The notes below the pieces were generated by a model that had not been told where the DNA came from, ran no database searches, and worked only from the letters and a program-made list of their open reading frames with translations. 64,000 bases of DNA from a virus, in the IMG/VR virus record IMGVR_UViG_3300003873_000002, positions 1-64,000 of that record; one strand, written 5' to 3'. Of this stretch, positions 1-9,812 are shown piece after piece. Made by a program: the position numbers and the translations under genes. The stretch's first letter is position 1. Every line of letters begins with the position of its first letter.

Positions 1-402
1 ATTTTTGGAAGAGGCTTTATTATTGAAGTAGATGATGAACGGACACTGCCAATTGCCGTACGCTTTGGTGCACCGAAAGGTGGAGAGAGTGTTATTGTGC
101 GATTTACTGAAGATGGGCGTAAAAATAAAAGCGATTTCACACCAACCCTAAAATTTGGTTGGGATAGACAGTCAGAGTGGGACTATGGAGAACCTAAGCT
201 TATCTATAAAGAGTTAGAATTGCCTGAAGGGGAAACTGCTTGGTGTTATGTAGGTAATACCATCGAGGAGGTTTTAAAACGCCACAGAAAAAACCTAGTC
301 GTATCCTCCAATCCATACACATATTTGACATTATTTGATAGATATACAGAAACTCCACTTGTTTTAGAATACAAATACGCCATGAGATGTGAAGATTTTT
401 AA
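1..402 (+). CDS. Hypothetical protein, 5'-truncated; 'FTxDGR..PxLxFGW' module plus 'CYVGNT' module
   Basis: Frame is open from base 1 (IFGRGFIIEVDD...); shares motifs with 1305..1556, 2678..2983 and 8682..8915. Confidence 0.75.
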   Translation: MFGRGFIIEVDDERTLPIAVRFGAPKGGESVIVRFTEDGRKNKSDFTPTLKFGWDRQSEWDYGEPKLIYKELELPEGETAWCYVGNTIEEVLKRHRKNLVVSSNPYTYLTLFDRYTETPLVLEYKYAMRCEDF

Positions 403-545
403 ACTAGTAATTCTTCAGTTGATGTCTAATTTATAGCATCAATAGTAGTTTAGTTACTCTTTTATAGTTAAAGATTGAAGAGTGGCTAAAAACTGCTTAG
501 ATAATAATCATACATTATAAAAGTAATCTAAAAAGGGGAAATATT

Positions 546-902
546 ATGGCTTTTTATAGAAAGAAAGGATTGCAAGAATTAGTTCCGTGGACGCCTGAAA
601 TGGATATGACATCGGTTAGTATTTCTGAAGCTGATAGAAATAACGGTAGTCCAAAAATAGGCGATATGATTGCTGTTAATTCTGAAAATAACACAGATAA
701 ATGGTTAGTAGCTTATAAATTCTTCAAAGACAATTACGAGAAGGTTGAAAGTGAAGACTCAACTAAACTATGCAAACGAAAGAAGGATTATCCTTCATGG
801 GCAAAGTACGAAGTGATTGAAGGCGGGCATACTTGTCTGTACTCATATAAACCAACTACAGCCAAAATGGGTGTAGAAAAAATAATTAGAAAAATTCTGT
901 GA
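546..902 (+). CDS. Hypothetical phage protein with C-terminal 'CKRKKxYPxWAK' module
   Basis: AAGGGG RBS; C-terminal module shared with 3811..4389. Confidence 0.75.
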   Translation: MAFYRKKGLQELVPWTPEMDMTSVSISEADRNNGSPKIGDMIAVNSENNTDKWLVAYKFFKDNYEKVESEDSTKLCKRKKDYPSWAKYEVIEGGHTCLYSYKPTTAKMGVEKIIRKIL

Positions 903-951
903 AGGCTTATCATGTTGAACAAGTCTTCTAACTAATATAAGTGATACTATA

Positions 952-1308
952 ATGCAGATTAACGAATATAAAGAACTGCTGGATTTTTTGACCATAAAAA
1001 ATCCATCCCCAAAAGAAATAAATAAAACAAACTATAAACTGTTCAATGAATTTCTTTTTCAAAAAGGTATTGTAAAAGCTTTACCAAAAGACTTTGTAGA
1101 TAACCCTCTGTACGAAGCTATAATCCATTTATACTTTTTGCGAGAAAATGGTCTTCAAATTGTAGCAGAGGTTCACGTTACCGTATTTAGGCCAGGCATA
1201 GGTGATGAATGGATGGATGGCGGAATTTTTAAAATGCCATTATCTGAGTTGAACGGACACTTTAAAAAATTTATTGAACTAAACCAAGAAAAGGGAGAAA
1301 TAGAATGA
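952..1308 (+). CDS. Hypothetical protein
   Basis: 118-aa ORF, ATGA overlap with next gene. Confidence 0.65.
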   Translation: MQINEYKELLDFLTIKNPSPKEINKTNYKLFNEFLFQKGIVKALPKDFVDNPLYEAIIHLYFLRENGLQIVAEVHVTVFRPGIGDEWMDGGIFKMPLSELNGHFKKFIELNQEKGEIE

Positions 1309-1556
1309 AACAAGTATTTAGACCAGAACACGTAGGAGAAAAAGTAATAAGTGTGTTACATGGTAAAGGAGTTATCACGGAAGTGGATAAGAGCAATGAC
1401 TTTGCGGTCAAAGTTTTATTTAGCGGAAGTTATGGTGATAACGAAGCAAAATTCACTCAAGACGGCAGGGGGGAAGATACCAGCTATATGCCAATTTTAG
1501 CTTTTGGTTGGGATGAACTCCCGGGATGGGATTACAGAAGATGGTTATTGGTCTAA
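1305..1556 (+). CDS. Hypothetical small beta-rich protein ('FTxDGR..FGW' paralog)
   Basis: GGAG RBS; paralogous to 1..402 and 2678..2983. Confidence 0.7.
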   Translation: MKQVFRPEHVGEKVISVLHGKGVITEVDKSNDFAVKVLFSGSYGDNEAKFTQDGRGEDTSYMPILAFGWDELPGWDYRRWLLV

Positions 1557-1707
1557 GGCAGACCACTTACCTACGCTGTATTTTGAATGGCTACACGTAG
1601 ATGATTTTACTCTGTAGTTCATTAGCATAATAGCAGAAGAAACCATAATAACTTTTAAGGACGCTGTAGAGAATACCGTATAAATAACGGATAAAAGGAG
1701 GTTTAAT

Positions 1708-2379
1708 ATGAGAATAAACGTTAAAAAGCAATCAGTAGGACATAAGTCTACCGGAGATAAGTCTACCGGGGACCGGTCAACCGGGCATTACTCTACAGGT
1801 AGTTGCTCTACAGGTCACTTTTCAACAGGAGATAGCTCAACAGGGTATAGCTCAACAGGTAACTGTTCGACCGGGCCTTACTCTACGGGCAACCATTCAA
1901 CGGGTTTTTGTTCAACCGGCTGTTATTCAACAGGACACCGTTCTACGGGTAACTACTCAACAGGTTTACGTTCTACAGGTAGCTGGTCTATCAGCAACTA
2001 TTCGGCTGGTCATTTTTCTACCATTGATAATACCGGTTTTAGTGTCTTCAATAAACCGTGCAGTGTAGAGGAGTGGGAGAATGTTGAAAAACCAAAATTC
2101 ATTTACTTTGATTTGACAGAATGGATTAACGAGAATGAAATGTCTGATAAAGAAAAAGAAGATAACCCTACCTACAAGACTACGGGGGGATGCTTAAAAG
2201 TTTACACCTATAAAGAAGCTTGGCTAAATTCTTGGTCAAGTGCTTCTGATGAGGATAAAGAGCTTTTATATAGACTGCCCAATTTTGACGCTACTGTTTT
2301 TAAAGAAATCAGTGGCATCGATGTAACTAAAGATAAAACCTATAAGAGGTATCACCAAACACTAGAAAAAATAGCTTAA
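1708..2379 (+). CDS. Pentapeptide (STGxx) repeat phage protein
   Basis: About 16 tandem STGxx repeats, then a C-terminal domain ending LPNFDATVFKEISGID typical of this phage family; AGGAGG RBS. Confidence 0.85.
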   Translation: MRINVKKQSVGHKSTGDKSTGDRSTGHYSTGSCSTGHFSTGDSSTGYSSTGNCSTGPYSTGNHSTGFCSTGCYSTGHRSTGNYSTGLRSTGSWSISNYSAGHFSTIDNTGFSVFNKPCSVEEWENVEKPKFIYFDLTEWINENEMSDKEKEDNPTYKTTGGCLKVYTYKEAWLNSWSSASDEDKELLYRLPNFDATVFKEISGIDVTKDKTYKRYHQTLEKIA

Positions 2380-2629
2380 AGGTACGTCTTCTAAGAATGC
2401 CTAATCTGCGTTTAAAGCTGTCTTACTTATTATAGTAAATGTGGGTGCAATTTTAATATATAACACATTTAACTAAAAAGAGGAGTATTGGACTTTGGTA
2501 AATAAGGTGGAATATAGTATAACGAAATAAGAGATGGACTTGCTTTCAAGCTTTTAGGAGAAATGTAAATGTGTTTTTACGGTAGCACAGCGTATACCTG
2601 TGTTATTGATATAGCACTACTATTACGAG

Positions 2630-2656
2630 TGCACTACGCGATGTAGTGCTTTTTTA
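2630..2656 (+). terminator. Rho-independent terminator
   Basis: GCACTAC-gcgat-GTAGTGC followed by T6. Confidence 0.65.
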
Positions 2657-2677
2657 GATTAGATAAATAGGTTTATT

Positions 2678-2983
2678 ATGCTAAATAATATTAGTACAGA
2701 AGATATTGGAGAAAAAGTAACTCACTATAAACATGGGTTAGGAATTATTGAGGGTGTGAATTTAGGGGAAGTTTACTCAGTACTTGTACATTTTATAGGG
2801 TGTAAATATTATCAAAAGTTTACAATTGATGGGCGTGAGCATGTAAAAGATTATGCACCAACACTAATCTTTGGTTGGTTATCTGCAGATGATTTTAATA
2901 TCAAAATTTTTAAAGGTGAAGGAGAACCTAATGACCGTTCTAAGGAGCTATTTTGGAAAGATGAGAAGAGTAGAGAAGAGTAG
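2678..2983 (+). CDS. Hypothetical protein ('FTxDGR..FGW' paralog)
   Basis: GEKVTHYKHGLGII...KFTIDGRE...PTLIFGW matches 1305..1556. Confidence 0.7.
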   Translation: MLNNISTEDIGEKVTHYKHGLGIIEGVNLGEVYSVLVHFIGCKYYQKFTIDGREHVKDYAPTLIFGWLSADDFNIKIFKGEGEPNDRSKELFWKDEKSREE

Positions 2984-3338
2984 ATAAGTTTAATTTAATA
3001 TTAGATAAATTAATAAACCATGTTCTTATAATCATCCTTCATATTGTTATATTTAATATGAATAAGTAGTTTGTGTATAATGGCATTGAATTGACTATAA
3101 AGTAGTTAGATGAGATTAACCCAGCCTTTAAACGTGACAGTGGGTGCGATGTATTTGATAGTATAGCTAACTGAGTAACTGAATGCACCCAATACAATGC
3201 AATAAATCAGATGAGTTTAATTTAAACAAATGTGGTGAAACATGTTGTGAAATTGGGTGTATCTGATTGATGAAATTACTGATGTAGAACACAAAAATTC
3301 ATAAACACAACAAAAAAATATAAATTTTTTAAAAAATA

Positions 3339-3367
3339 GTGACTTTTTGACTTAGGTGTATTATAAT
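3339..3367 (+). promoter_or_regulatory. sigma70-type early promoter
   Basis: GTGACT-N17-TATAAT. Confidence 0.6.
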
Positions 3368-3425
3368 ATAGTTAAGTTAGATAAATAAGCAGTCAATAGA
3401 AATTAGAATCAAATAGGGGGTAGAT

Positions 3426-3740
3426 ATGTCTACATCAGCAATTATCTCAGTAAGGACAGAAAATGGAATTTTTGATATTCATCTGTATCAGCATTGGGAT
3501 GGGTATCCAGAACATACACTGAAATGGCTACAAAGATTCAATTCAGAATTTGCGAGACGAAATGATCCCAATTACAAACTTGCACAGCTCGTGAGAGCAA
3601 GCGTATTTTTATGTGAAGAATTTGATTTAGACTGCAGTAGAGAAACTGGATGGGGAATGTATACTAATAAAGATATACCATTTTATGATTACCAATACAT
3701 CCTAAATGAGGATGGAACTGTGGATTTCATTGAAAAATAA
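3426..3740 (+). CDS. Hypothetical phage protein, 'YxHxDGYP' family
   Basis: LYQHWDGYPE motif; paralog of 12994..13323. Confidence 0.8.
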   Translation: MSTSAIISVRTENGIFDIHLYQHWDGYPEHTLKWLQRFNSEFARRNDPNYKLAQLVRASVFLCEEFDLDCSRETGWGMYTNKDIPFYDYQYILNEDGTVDFIEK

Positions 3741-3750
3741 TCAGATATCA

Positions 3751-3800
3751 GTACAAAACAGTACAAAACAGTACAAAACAGCACAAAACAGCACAAAACA
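3751..3800. repeat. Tandem repeat (GYACAAAACA)x5
   Basis: Directly visible 10-nt unit. Confidence 0.95.
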
Positions 3801-3810
3801 GGTGGTAAAT

Positions 3811-4389
3811 ATGACATTTAATGAAATTAGAAAAAACCTTAATGACAATAACATCAATATATTTAAGGTTTTATTGCACTTGGAATATAATGACAAGCCA
3901 AAATATTATTTCGTATTCTTGCATGAACAAGAACAAGAACAAGAACAAGAACTGGGGCAGGAACACAACATGTATTTAATTGATGTTGACAACATTGACG
4001 ATACATACACCACAGATATTGATATCTATAAAACACGCAGATACCTCCGTTTTTTGCCAGATAAAAATGGTTCAGCAACAGAGAGTAATGTGCTGGATGC
4101 ATATGTCACATATTCATTAATCCCGATTAAAGGTGGATTAGATGATTTGGGTCTATGTTCAAAAGAGAAAGTTAAAACATGTAAGCGAAAGAAAAAATAC
4201 CCAGAATGGGCTAAATGGAAAGCTACAGATTTAGATGGGTGCACTTACTTATATTCAGATAAACCTTATATATCTGTCAGAAGCCCAGAAGATTGGTGCA
4301 CAAAAATTGGTCATGATTCGATCTTCTTAAAAAAGAGCCCCGAAAGAAAAAATAACTGGAAAGATACGTTAAGAAAAATCGAAGACTAA
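3811..4389 (+). CDS. Hypothetical protein with EQ repeat and C-terminal 'CKRKKKYPEWAKW' module
   Basis: ATG at 3811 after GGTGG; the 3706 start in the track reads through the 10-mer repeat. Confidence 0.7.
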   Translation: MTFNEIRKNLNDNNINIFKVLLHLEYNDKPKYYFVFLHEQEQEQEQELGQEHNMYLIDVDNIDDTYTTDIDIYKTRRYLRFLPDKNGSATESNVLDAYVTYSLIPIKGGLDDLGLCSKEKVKTCKRKKKYPEWAKWKATDLDGCTYLYSDKPYISVRSPEDWCTKIGHDSIFLKKSPERKNNWKDTLRKIED

Positions 4390-4789
4390 AGGCGACGTAA
4401 GCCAAGTGAAGCCCGCTAGTGAAACCAAAAAGAATTTAATCAACTTCAATTTCACCTTCACTAACTTCATCCTGTTTATTTTTCACCAACTTCGCTGAAA
4501 AATTGAAAGATTATCTAAGGAAATATTACGGGTAAACATTTAAACAGGCGCGTGCGGGAAGGTGACATGTTGCTGTGATGTTGGGAACTATTGTTAATAT
4601 ATGACCCAACGAAATATACACTGTATCAATACTATTAGAAGACATAAATAACCCAAACAATACGATCAATGTTTATATTATAGATATAACCATTACTTAC
4701 TAAGTTATAGATATTGTAAATAACATATCAAAAACTTTTTATATTCGACATGAATGCCAACTAAATAACTAAATAAAATGCAATAGTTG

Positions 4790-4818
4790 TTGATTTATAG
4801 TGTATAATCTGTTATAAT
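4790..4818 (+). promoter_or_regulatory. sigma70-type promoter with extended -10
   Basis: TTGATT-N17-TATAAT with TGn. Confidence 0.6.
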
Positions 4819-4994
4819 ATATTTAACAAGAAACAAAAATATCGGTCGATTATAATATGTGTTTTAAAAACACTTATTAATCTCTAAACGTTTTTGGTTT
4901 TTGGTTTTTGATTAATATTTTAAATCTATAATAAGATGTTATTAATTATAAAATAACACAAAATAACATAGAAGCAATTGATGGGGCATTACCA

Positions 4995-5198
4995 ATGATT
5001 ACACGAGATGAATTATACGAACTAGCTGAATTGGGATTTAATCTAATGGAAGCACAACATGATATCAACGAGTATATGGCACCAGATGACTCTGATGGTT
5101 GGTATAAACCGGATAGATTGTTAATGGAAGTTGACGAATCAGAAAGAATTTTCAAAAACGCTATTGAAAAACTTATCCAATCACATAAATCACATTAA
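4995..5198 (+). CDS. Hypothetical acidic protein
   Basis: 67-aa ORF on the coding strand; may start further upstream. Confidence 0.55.
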   Translation: MITRDELYELAELGFNLMEAQHDINEYMAPDDSDGWYKPDRLLMEVDESERIFKNAIEKLIQSHKSH

Positions 5199-5270
5199 TA
5201 AATTGAAATTAAATGTAAGAAGAATAAATTAAACACCCATTTTAATACATTAATACAATAAGGCTCGCAC

Positions 5271-5843
5271 ATGTTAAACATAAGAATTGTTATCAATGAA
5301 CAAGAAAAAATATCTACACTCAGTATTTATACACCACCACAAGAAGATATTTTACCTGTGTTATCTGAGTTAATAGTTAAAACAATAAATAAACAGTTTA
5401 AATATGAAGGATATTACTCTGTTTTGAATTATTCGTGGGCAAATTCTATGATTATCTCCGCACCACATAAATTTGAATTTATATCAAACGGTGCATTGAC
5501 GTATTTGGATTACTTATGTGAAATTAATGTGGATAGTAATAAAATACGTGTAAGTAGTTGCAGTTTAAACATATTCGATGGTTCATTAACTGATTTTATT
5601 TATATGTATGCAAATAAAATGGTTGATATCATCGATAAAATTTATTATACAGAAGAAAAGGCATTAAATGCTGCAGAGATATATAATATTATTTATGATA
5701 ATTTAATTGTAACCTCATATGTTCCAATTGATGAAAACCCAAACGTAGAAATTTTGAGAGATCTAGTATTCAGATTATATAGTTTTATTCACAAATCAAG
5801 ACAAGACAAGACAAGACAAATCAAGACAAATGAATTATCTTAA
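5271..5843 (+). CDS. Hypothetical protein, paralog of 11812..12324
   Basis: IIDKIYYTEEKA vs VIDGIVYSEEKA; LYSFI vs LYKFL. Confidence 0.7.
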   Translation: MLNIRIVINEQEKISTLSIYTPPQEDILPVLSELIVKTINKQFKYEGYYSVLNYSWANSMIISAPHKFEFISNGALTYLDYLCEINVDSNKIRVSSCSLNIFDGSLTDFIYMYANKMVDIIDKIYYTEEKALNAAEIYNIIYDNLIVTSYVPIDENPNVEILRDLVFRLYSFIHKSRQDKTRQIKTNELS

Positions 5844-5905
5844 CTGATATATTGGTTTATTTTATTAGTTTTATTGGTTTATACCAAAAATTAAAAGGAA
5901 ATGAA

Positions 5906-6205
5906 ATGGAAAACGAAACTTTACCACAAATTATTACAGAAGAAATGAGAACTGCTGTCCAGAAAGCACTTAAAGAAATGTCTTGGTCATTTTCAAGGTC
6001 TGAAGCAGATTCAGATTTAAGAAAAGATATTTCAAATAATATGAAAGAGAATTTTGGTATCCCTAAACGCGAGTTTAATAAATTGGCAAAAATTTATCAT
6101 GCGAGTGCGTTAGCAGAAGAAGCTAGAAAAACAGAAGAGTTTATGGAGTTTGCTGAAGCGTTATTAACAACAAACACAAATACTATTGTGTCAGATACAA
6201 TTTAA
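5906..6205 (+). CDS. dsbA: T4 DsbA-like dsDNA-binding protein
   Basis: ALKEMS..RSEADSDLRKDI..KENFGIPKREFNKLAKIYH pattern of the DsbA family; AAGGA RBS before ATG 5906. Confidence 0.7.
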   Translation: MENETLPQIITEEMRTAVQKALKEMSWSFSRSEADSDLRKDISNNMKENFGIPKREFNKLAKIYHASALAEEARKTEEFMEFAEALLTTNTNTIVSDTI

Positions 6206-6408
6206 AGCAATAACATTTAATTTTATAATATTTTATAATATTTTATAATATTTTATATTTTTATAATTTAAAACGATTGTTGTGTGATTATCTGTGTCTG
6301 TGTATGTTTACTTCATATAAACTTCACTGTTTAAATCAAAATATAAACAAAATATGAGATGAGAACTGTGTAAAATATTGCACAGTTTAATTTATCTATG
6401 GGATTAAT

Positions 6409-7053
6409 ATGGAAAATATCAACATAGAAATAGGAAGACAATCAGCTAAAGGGAAAATTTTATCAGAACACATTTATTATGATGCATATCAATTCGAGAC
6501 AGAACAACAAGGAATATGTTTGTTTGTTGATGGCAAAAATATTTTGCTTGATTATCAGGATAGCAAAGTCATAAAATGCACATACAGAAAAAAGTGGTTT
6601 ATAAAATTCAAAACAGAAAAAAGTGGTTATCATTTGTTTAAAGATAATAAAAATATTTTGCTTGATTATCAAAAAGGCGATGTGTCATATTGTTCATGTT
6701 TCGAGAACGGTGATATTATTTTTAAAACACAATCACAGGGATTTTGTCTCATCCGAGGTAATAAAAATATTTTACTCGATTATCAGGATGGTGAAGTAAC
6801 TGAATTAATTCGTTTTAATGATGGAAACTTTAGATTTCGCACAGAAAAACAATATTATAGGATTGTGATAGATGATACTGATATCTTTGCAGCTTTATAT
6901 GGCAATGATATTCAAATACCAGATGCACGATATGATATGATAAGTTGCATATTTTTATTTAACAGTAAATGGCACGAATATAAAGTAAATAAAATATTTA
7001 AAATGATTGAAAATAAGACCGTTTGCAATTTATTTAAAAATGGATTAAAATAG
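6409..7053 (+). CDS. Hypothetical protein with three ~39-aa 'KNILLDYQ' repeats
   Basis: Internal repeats visible in protein and DNA. Confidence 0.75.
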   Translation: MENINIEIGRQSAKGKILSEHIYYDAYQFETEQQGICLFVDGKNILLDYQDSKVIKCTYRKKWFIKFKTEKSGYHLFKDNKNILLDYQKGDVSYCSCFENGDIIFKTQSQGFCLIRGNKNILLDYQDGEVTELIRFNDGNFRFRTEKQYYRIVIDDTDIFAALYGNDIQIPDARYDMISCIFLFNSKWHEYKVNKIFKMIENKTVCNLFKNGLK

Positions 7054-7364
7054 ATTAAAATACCCAATATTGTTTTTTTATTAATTTTTGTTAATTTTGG
7101 GTTATTTTTATGTTATATTATATAAATAATAACAACAATTATAAAACCCAAGAAAGAATGTTATCATTTGATGACAATATTATATAAGAATATTTCACAT
7201 AAGATTAACTTCATGTGAAATAAACAATGGCTATTGCCTTTGGAATGGTTCCTCTCCCTGATGATAATGATATGACTGCTAACACTGGTTTATGGGATTA
7301 TTAAACGAGAGCCTATAGTTTACCACAATGCAGATAAAATAGTACAAATAACAGAGCCACAATT

Positions 7365-8381
7365 ATGGAATTTAAAAAATATAATAGCATCAGTAATTGC
7401 AAAGTAAAAAAAATTATTGAACTCGAAAAGATGCATATCGATGTATGGGTTGCTTTGGAAAAAATCCGCGGCTCGAATTTTTCGTTTTGGGTAAACGATA
7501 AAGATGTTAAAACTGCTTCTAGAGAGGGTTTCACTGATAACAGTTTTTACAATTGTATGGATGTAATTGATGAACACTATAATAAAGTAAAAAAGATTTT
7601 TGGGTTAATTAAAAGGCACACAAATAGGGGCCTAAGTCATATTACTATCTATGGTGAGTTATTTGGTGGAAGTTATTTTGATGGATTGTATCCAAATACC
7701 ACAAAAGTAAAATCAATTCAACCTGGTATTTTTTACACACCTGGAAGAGACTTCATGGTGTTTGATATCATGCTTCATTATGCAGACTGTATAAAGGTAT
7801 TGTCATTCAGTGAAGTCACCGACTTATGTGATGAAGTAGAGATTAAGACCGTGCCTATCGTTGGAACTGGGTCATTAAATGAAATGTTAAAAATTGATAA
7901 CACTTTTAGAAGTTTAGTGCCACAAAATCTTGATTTAAAAGAAGACCTCGATGTAGATAACATTGCTGAGGGGTTAGTTATTAGACCATTTAATGTTGAT
8001 GAGTACGCACACAACAGGGGAATTATTAAATCAAAAAATGATAAATGGTCAGAAAATATTAAACCGAAAAAAGATAAACCCAAAACTCCGTCATCATCAG
8101 TTCTATTAAATAAAATGGAAGAAATTGAACCATACATCAATAAGAATAGATTGGAATCAGTTTTGTCTAAAGTTAAATCAATTGAAAATATTTCTATGAA
8201 TGACTATAACAAAATTCTTGGTATGTTCAGTAAAGACGTTATTAAAGATGTGCAAAATGACGACATCCTTCATGATGGGTGGCGAAAAGACAACGAATTG
8301 AAATTTTGTACTAGGCTGATAAATGAGAAGGCTAGGGAAGTAATTGATTCATACTTGGTACCATTAATGAAAAACAATTGA
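7365..8381 (+). CDS. rnlB: RNA ligase 2 (Rnl2 family)
   Basis: FKKYNSI N-terminus, motif I EKIRGSNFS, IYGELFG, FMVFDI, AEGLVIRP, IIKSKN, C-terminal NRLESVLSK. Confidence 0.9.
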   Translation: MEFKKYNSISNCKVKKIIELEKMHIDVWVALEKIRGSNFSFWVNDKDVKTASREGFTDNSFYNCMDVIDEHYNKVKKIFGLIKRHTNRGLSHITIYGELFGGSYFDGLYPNTTKVKSIQPGIFYTPGRDFMVFDIMLHYADCIKVLSFSEVTDLCDEVEIKTVPIVGTGSLNEMLKIDNTFRSLVPQNLDLKEDLDVDNIAEGLVIRPFNVDEYAHNRGIIKSKNDKWSENIKPKKDKPKTPSSSVLLNKMEEIEPYINKNRLESVLSKVKSIENISMNDYNKILGMFSKDVIKDVQNDDILHDGWRKDNELKFCTRLINEKAREVIDSYLVPLMKNN

Positions 8382-8402
8382 TGCAGATGGCTATATAACA
8401 CA

Positions 8403-8479
8403 CTATATGATTCTATATGATTCTATATGATTCTATATGATTCTATATGATTCTATATGATTCTATATGATTCTATATG
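8403..8479. repeat. Tandem repeat (TTCTATATGA), ~7.7 copies
   Basis: Directly visible 10-nt unit. Confidence 0.95.
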
Positions 8480-8681
8480 CTTTACCGTATTACTTGGTGA
8501 TGATTAGTGCATATAGCGCGTGGTATGAATAATAACACATTTAAAAAATTATTGGTCGTCCACAAAATATTTTTGGATAATTCAATGCATTTAGGCATAT
8601 TCTTTAAACTAACAAATAATAAATAACATAAAAATAAATTTAATGTGCTATGTTATAATTTAAATTAATGAGGTAAAAATC

Positions 8682-8915
8682 GTGACTACATATAATGCAA
8701 CACTGGAAGCCAAAACAGCCAAAACGAAGGATGCAATCGATACAAATAATGCGGTTTTGTGTTATGTTGGCAATACATTATCAGACATTTGGAATAAAAA
8801 ATATAAAAGAAAGGTTGTTAAACAAACTAAAACAGGTTATCTTGCTATTAAACCAAATAATAAACCAGGCAGTAAAATAGAATTTGAAGAATGGAGATTT
8901 GCTGATGAAATCTAA
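8682..8915 (+). CDS. Hypothetical protein ('CYVGNT' module)
   Basis: GAGG RBS, GTG start; resembles C-terminal half of 1..402. Confidence 0.7.
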   Translation: MTTYNATLEAKTAKTKDAIDTNNAVLCYVGNTLSDIWNKKYKRKVVKQTKTGYLAIKPNNKPGSKIEFEEWRFADEI

Positions 8916-8945
8916 ATACAAAATCATATTATGCTAGTTGATGCT

Positions 8946-8999
8946 GAAAACTGACTAGAAAACTGACTAGAAAACTGACTAGAAAACTGACTAGAAAAC
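8946..8999. repeat. Tandem repeat (GAAAACTGACTA)x4.5
   Basis: 12-nt unit directly upstream of a consensus promoter. Confidence 0.95.
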
Positions 9000-9010
9000 A
9001 GAAAATAAAG

Positions 9011-9039
9011 TTGACACCGCGCTCAGAATATGTTATAAT
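9011..9039 (+). promoter_or_regulatory. Consensus sigma70 promoter
   Basis: TTGACA-N17-TATAAT with TGn. Confidence 0.85.
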
Positions 9040-9080
9040 ATAATCAAATCAATTAAGAAATAAACTAAAAGGATTAAATT

Positions 9081-9347
9081 ATGTTTTTTACATCAATCAG
9101 TAACAGAGATGATGAGTGTTATATTGAATTCAACTCTATTAAAAAATTCGATGAATATGAGTTCACTGCATGGGTAAAACCAAGAACACCTGAAGAAATC
9201 GAGGATAATATCTTTGATGGTGGCGACCCAGCTGAATACACAATAGAAATCACTGATGAGTTATTACAAGAAGACATTGATAATATCATGGATAAAATCG
9301 ATGCAATAGTGACAGCCGATCGCGAATATGACTACGACTACATCTAA
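9081..9347 (+). CDS. Hypothetical highly acidic early protein
   Basis: AAGGA RBS; D/E-rich 88 aa. Confidence 0.75.
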   Translation: MFFTSISNRDDECYIEFNSIKKFDEYEFTAWVKPRTPEEIEDNIFDGGDPAEYTIEITDELLQEDIDNIMDKIDAIVTADREYDYDYI

Positions 9348-9429
9348 AGATAATTAAAGTAGTTTAAACAAATCCGCTTTAATTGACTGAAATAAAACAA
9401 AACAAATAGATAGAAATGATTTGTTGTGA

Positions 9430-9696
9430 AAAGGTTTTTACGAAAAATCATGTGAGTGAAAGAGTAACATGCATCAGTTGCCAGCAGGCGTTATTGTTGA
9501 TTTCTGTAGTGTCCAAATACATATTGTGTCGACGTTCGTATGGAAGACTCCTGTGAAATTGATGGTTGATAAGAGTGGTGGACCAACCCACAGTGATTTT
9601 ATGCCTAGTTTGATATTTGGTAGGAAAAACTAGCGATTTTGATCGCAACACTGTTAAACACTTGTGGTGTGGACAAAAAAAAATGGAAAAACCTTT
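9430..9696 (+). ncRNA. Candidate structured non-coding RNA (~270 nt)
   Basis: Perfect 10-bp closing stem (9430-39/9687-96), nested TGTCCA/TGGACA helix, at least five inner hairpins; no credible ORF. Confidence 0.5.
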
Positions 9697-9710
9697 GTAG
9701 AAGATTAAAT

Positions 9711-9759
9711 TTAATAACAGTTAATAACAGTTAATAACAGTTAATAACAGTTAATAACA
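9711..9759. repeat. Tandem repeat (TTAATAACAG)x~5
   Basis: Directly visible; followed by hairpin CAGCGCACATG/CATGTGCGCTG. Confidence 0.95.
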
Positions 9760-9812
9760 CTTCAGCGCACATGTAATTTCGAATGAATCATGTGCGCTGC
9801 AAAGGATAATAT

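Noticed and set aside
1-2990. Slightly higher GC and no short tandem arrays at the left end, suggesting a chimeric join
   Set aside because: Protein modules are shared across the boundary and I cannot quantify the shift; left unclaimed.
9478-9490. TGCCAGCAG resembling a 16S rRNA motif
   Set aside because: Only 9 nt match and no other rRNA features.
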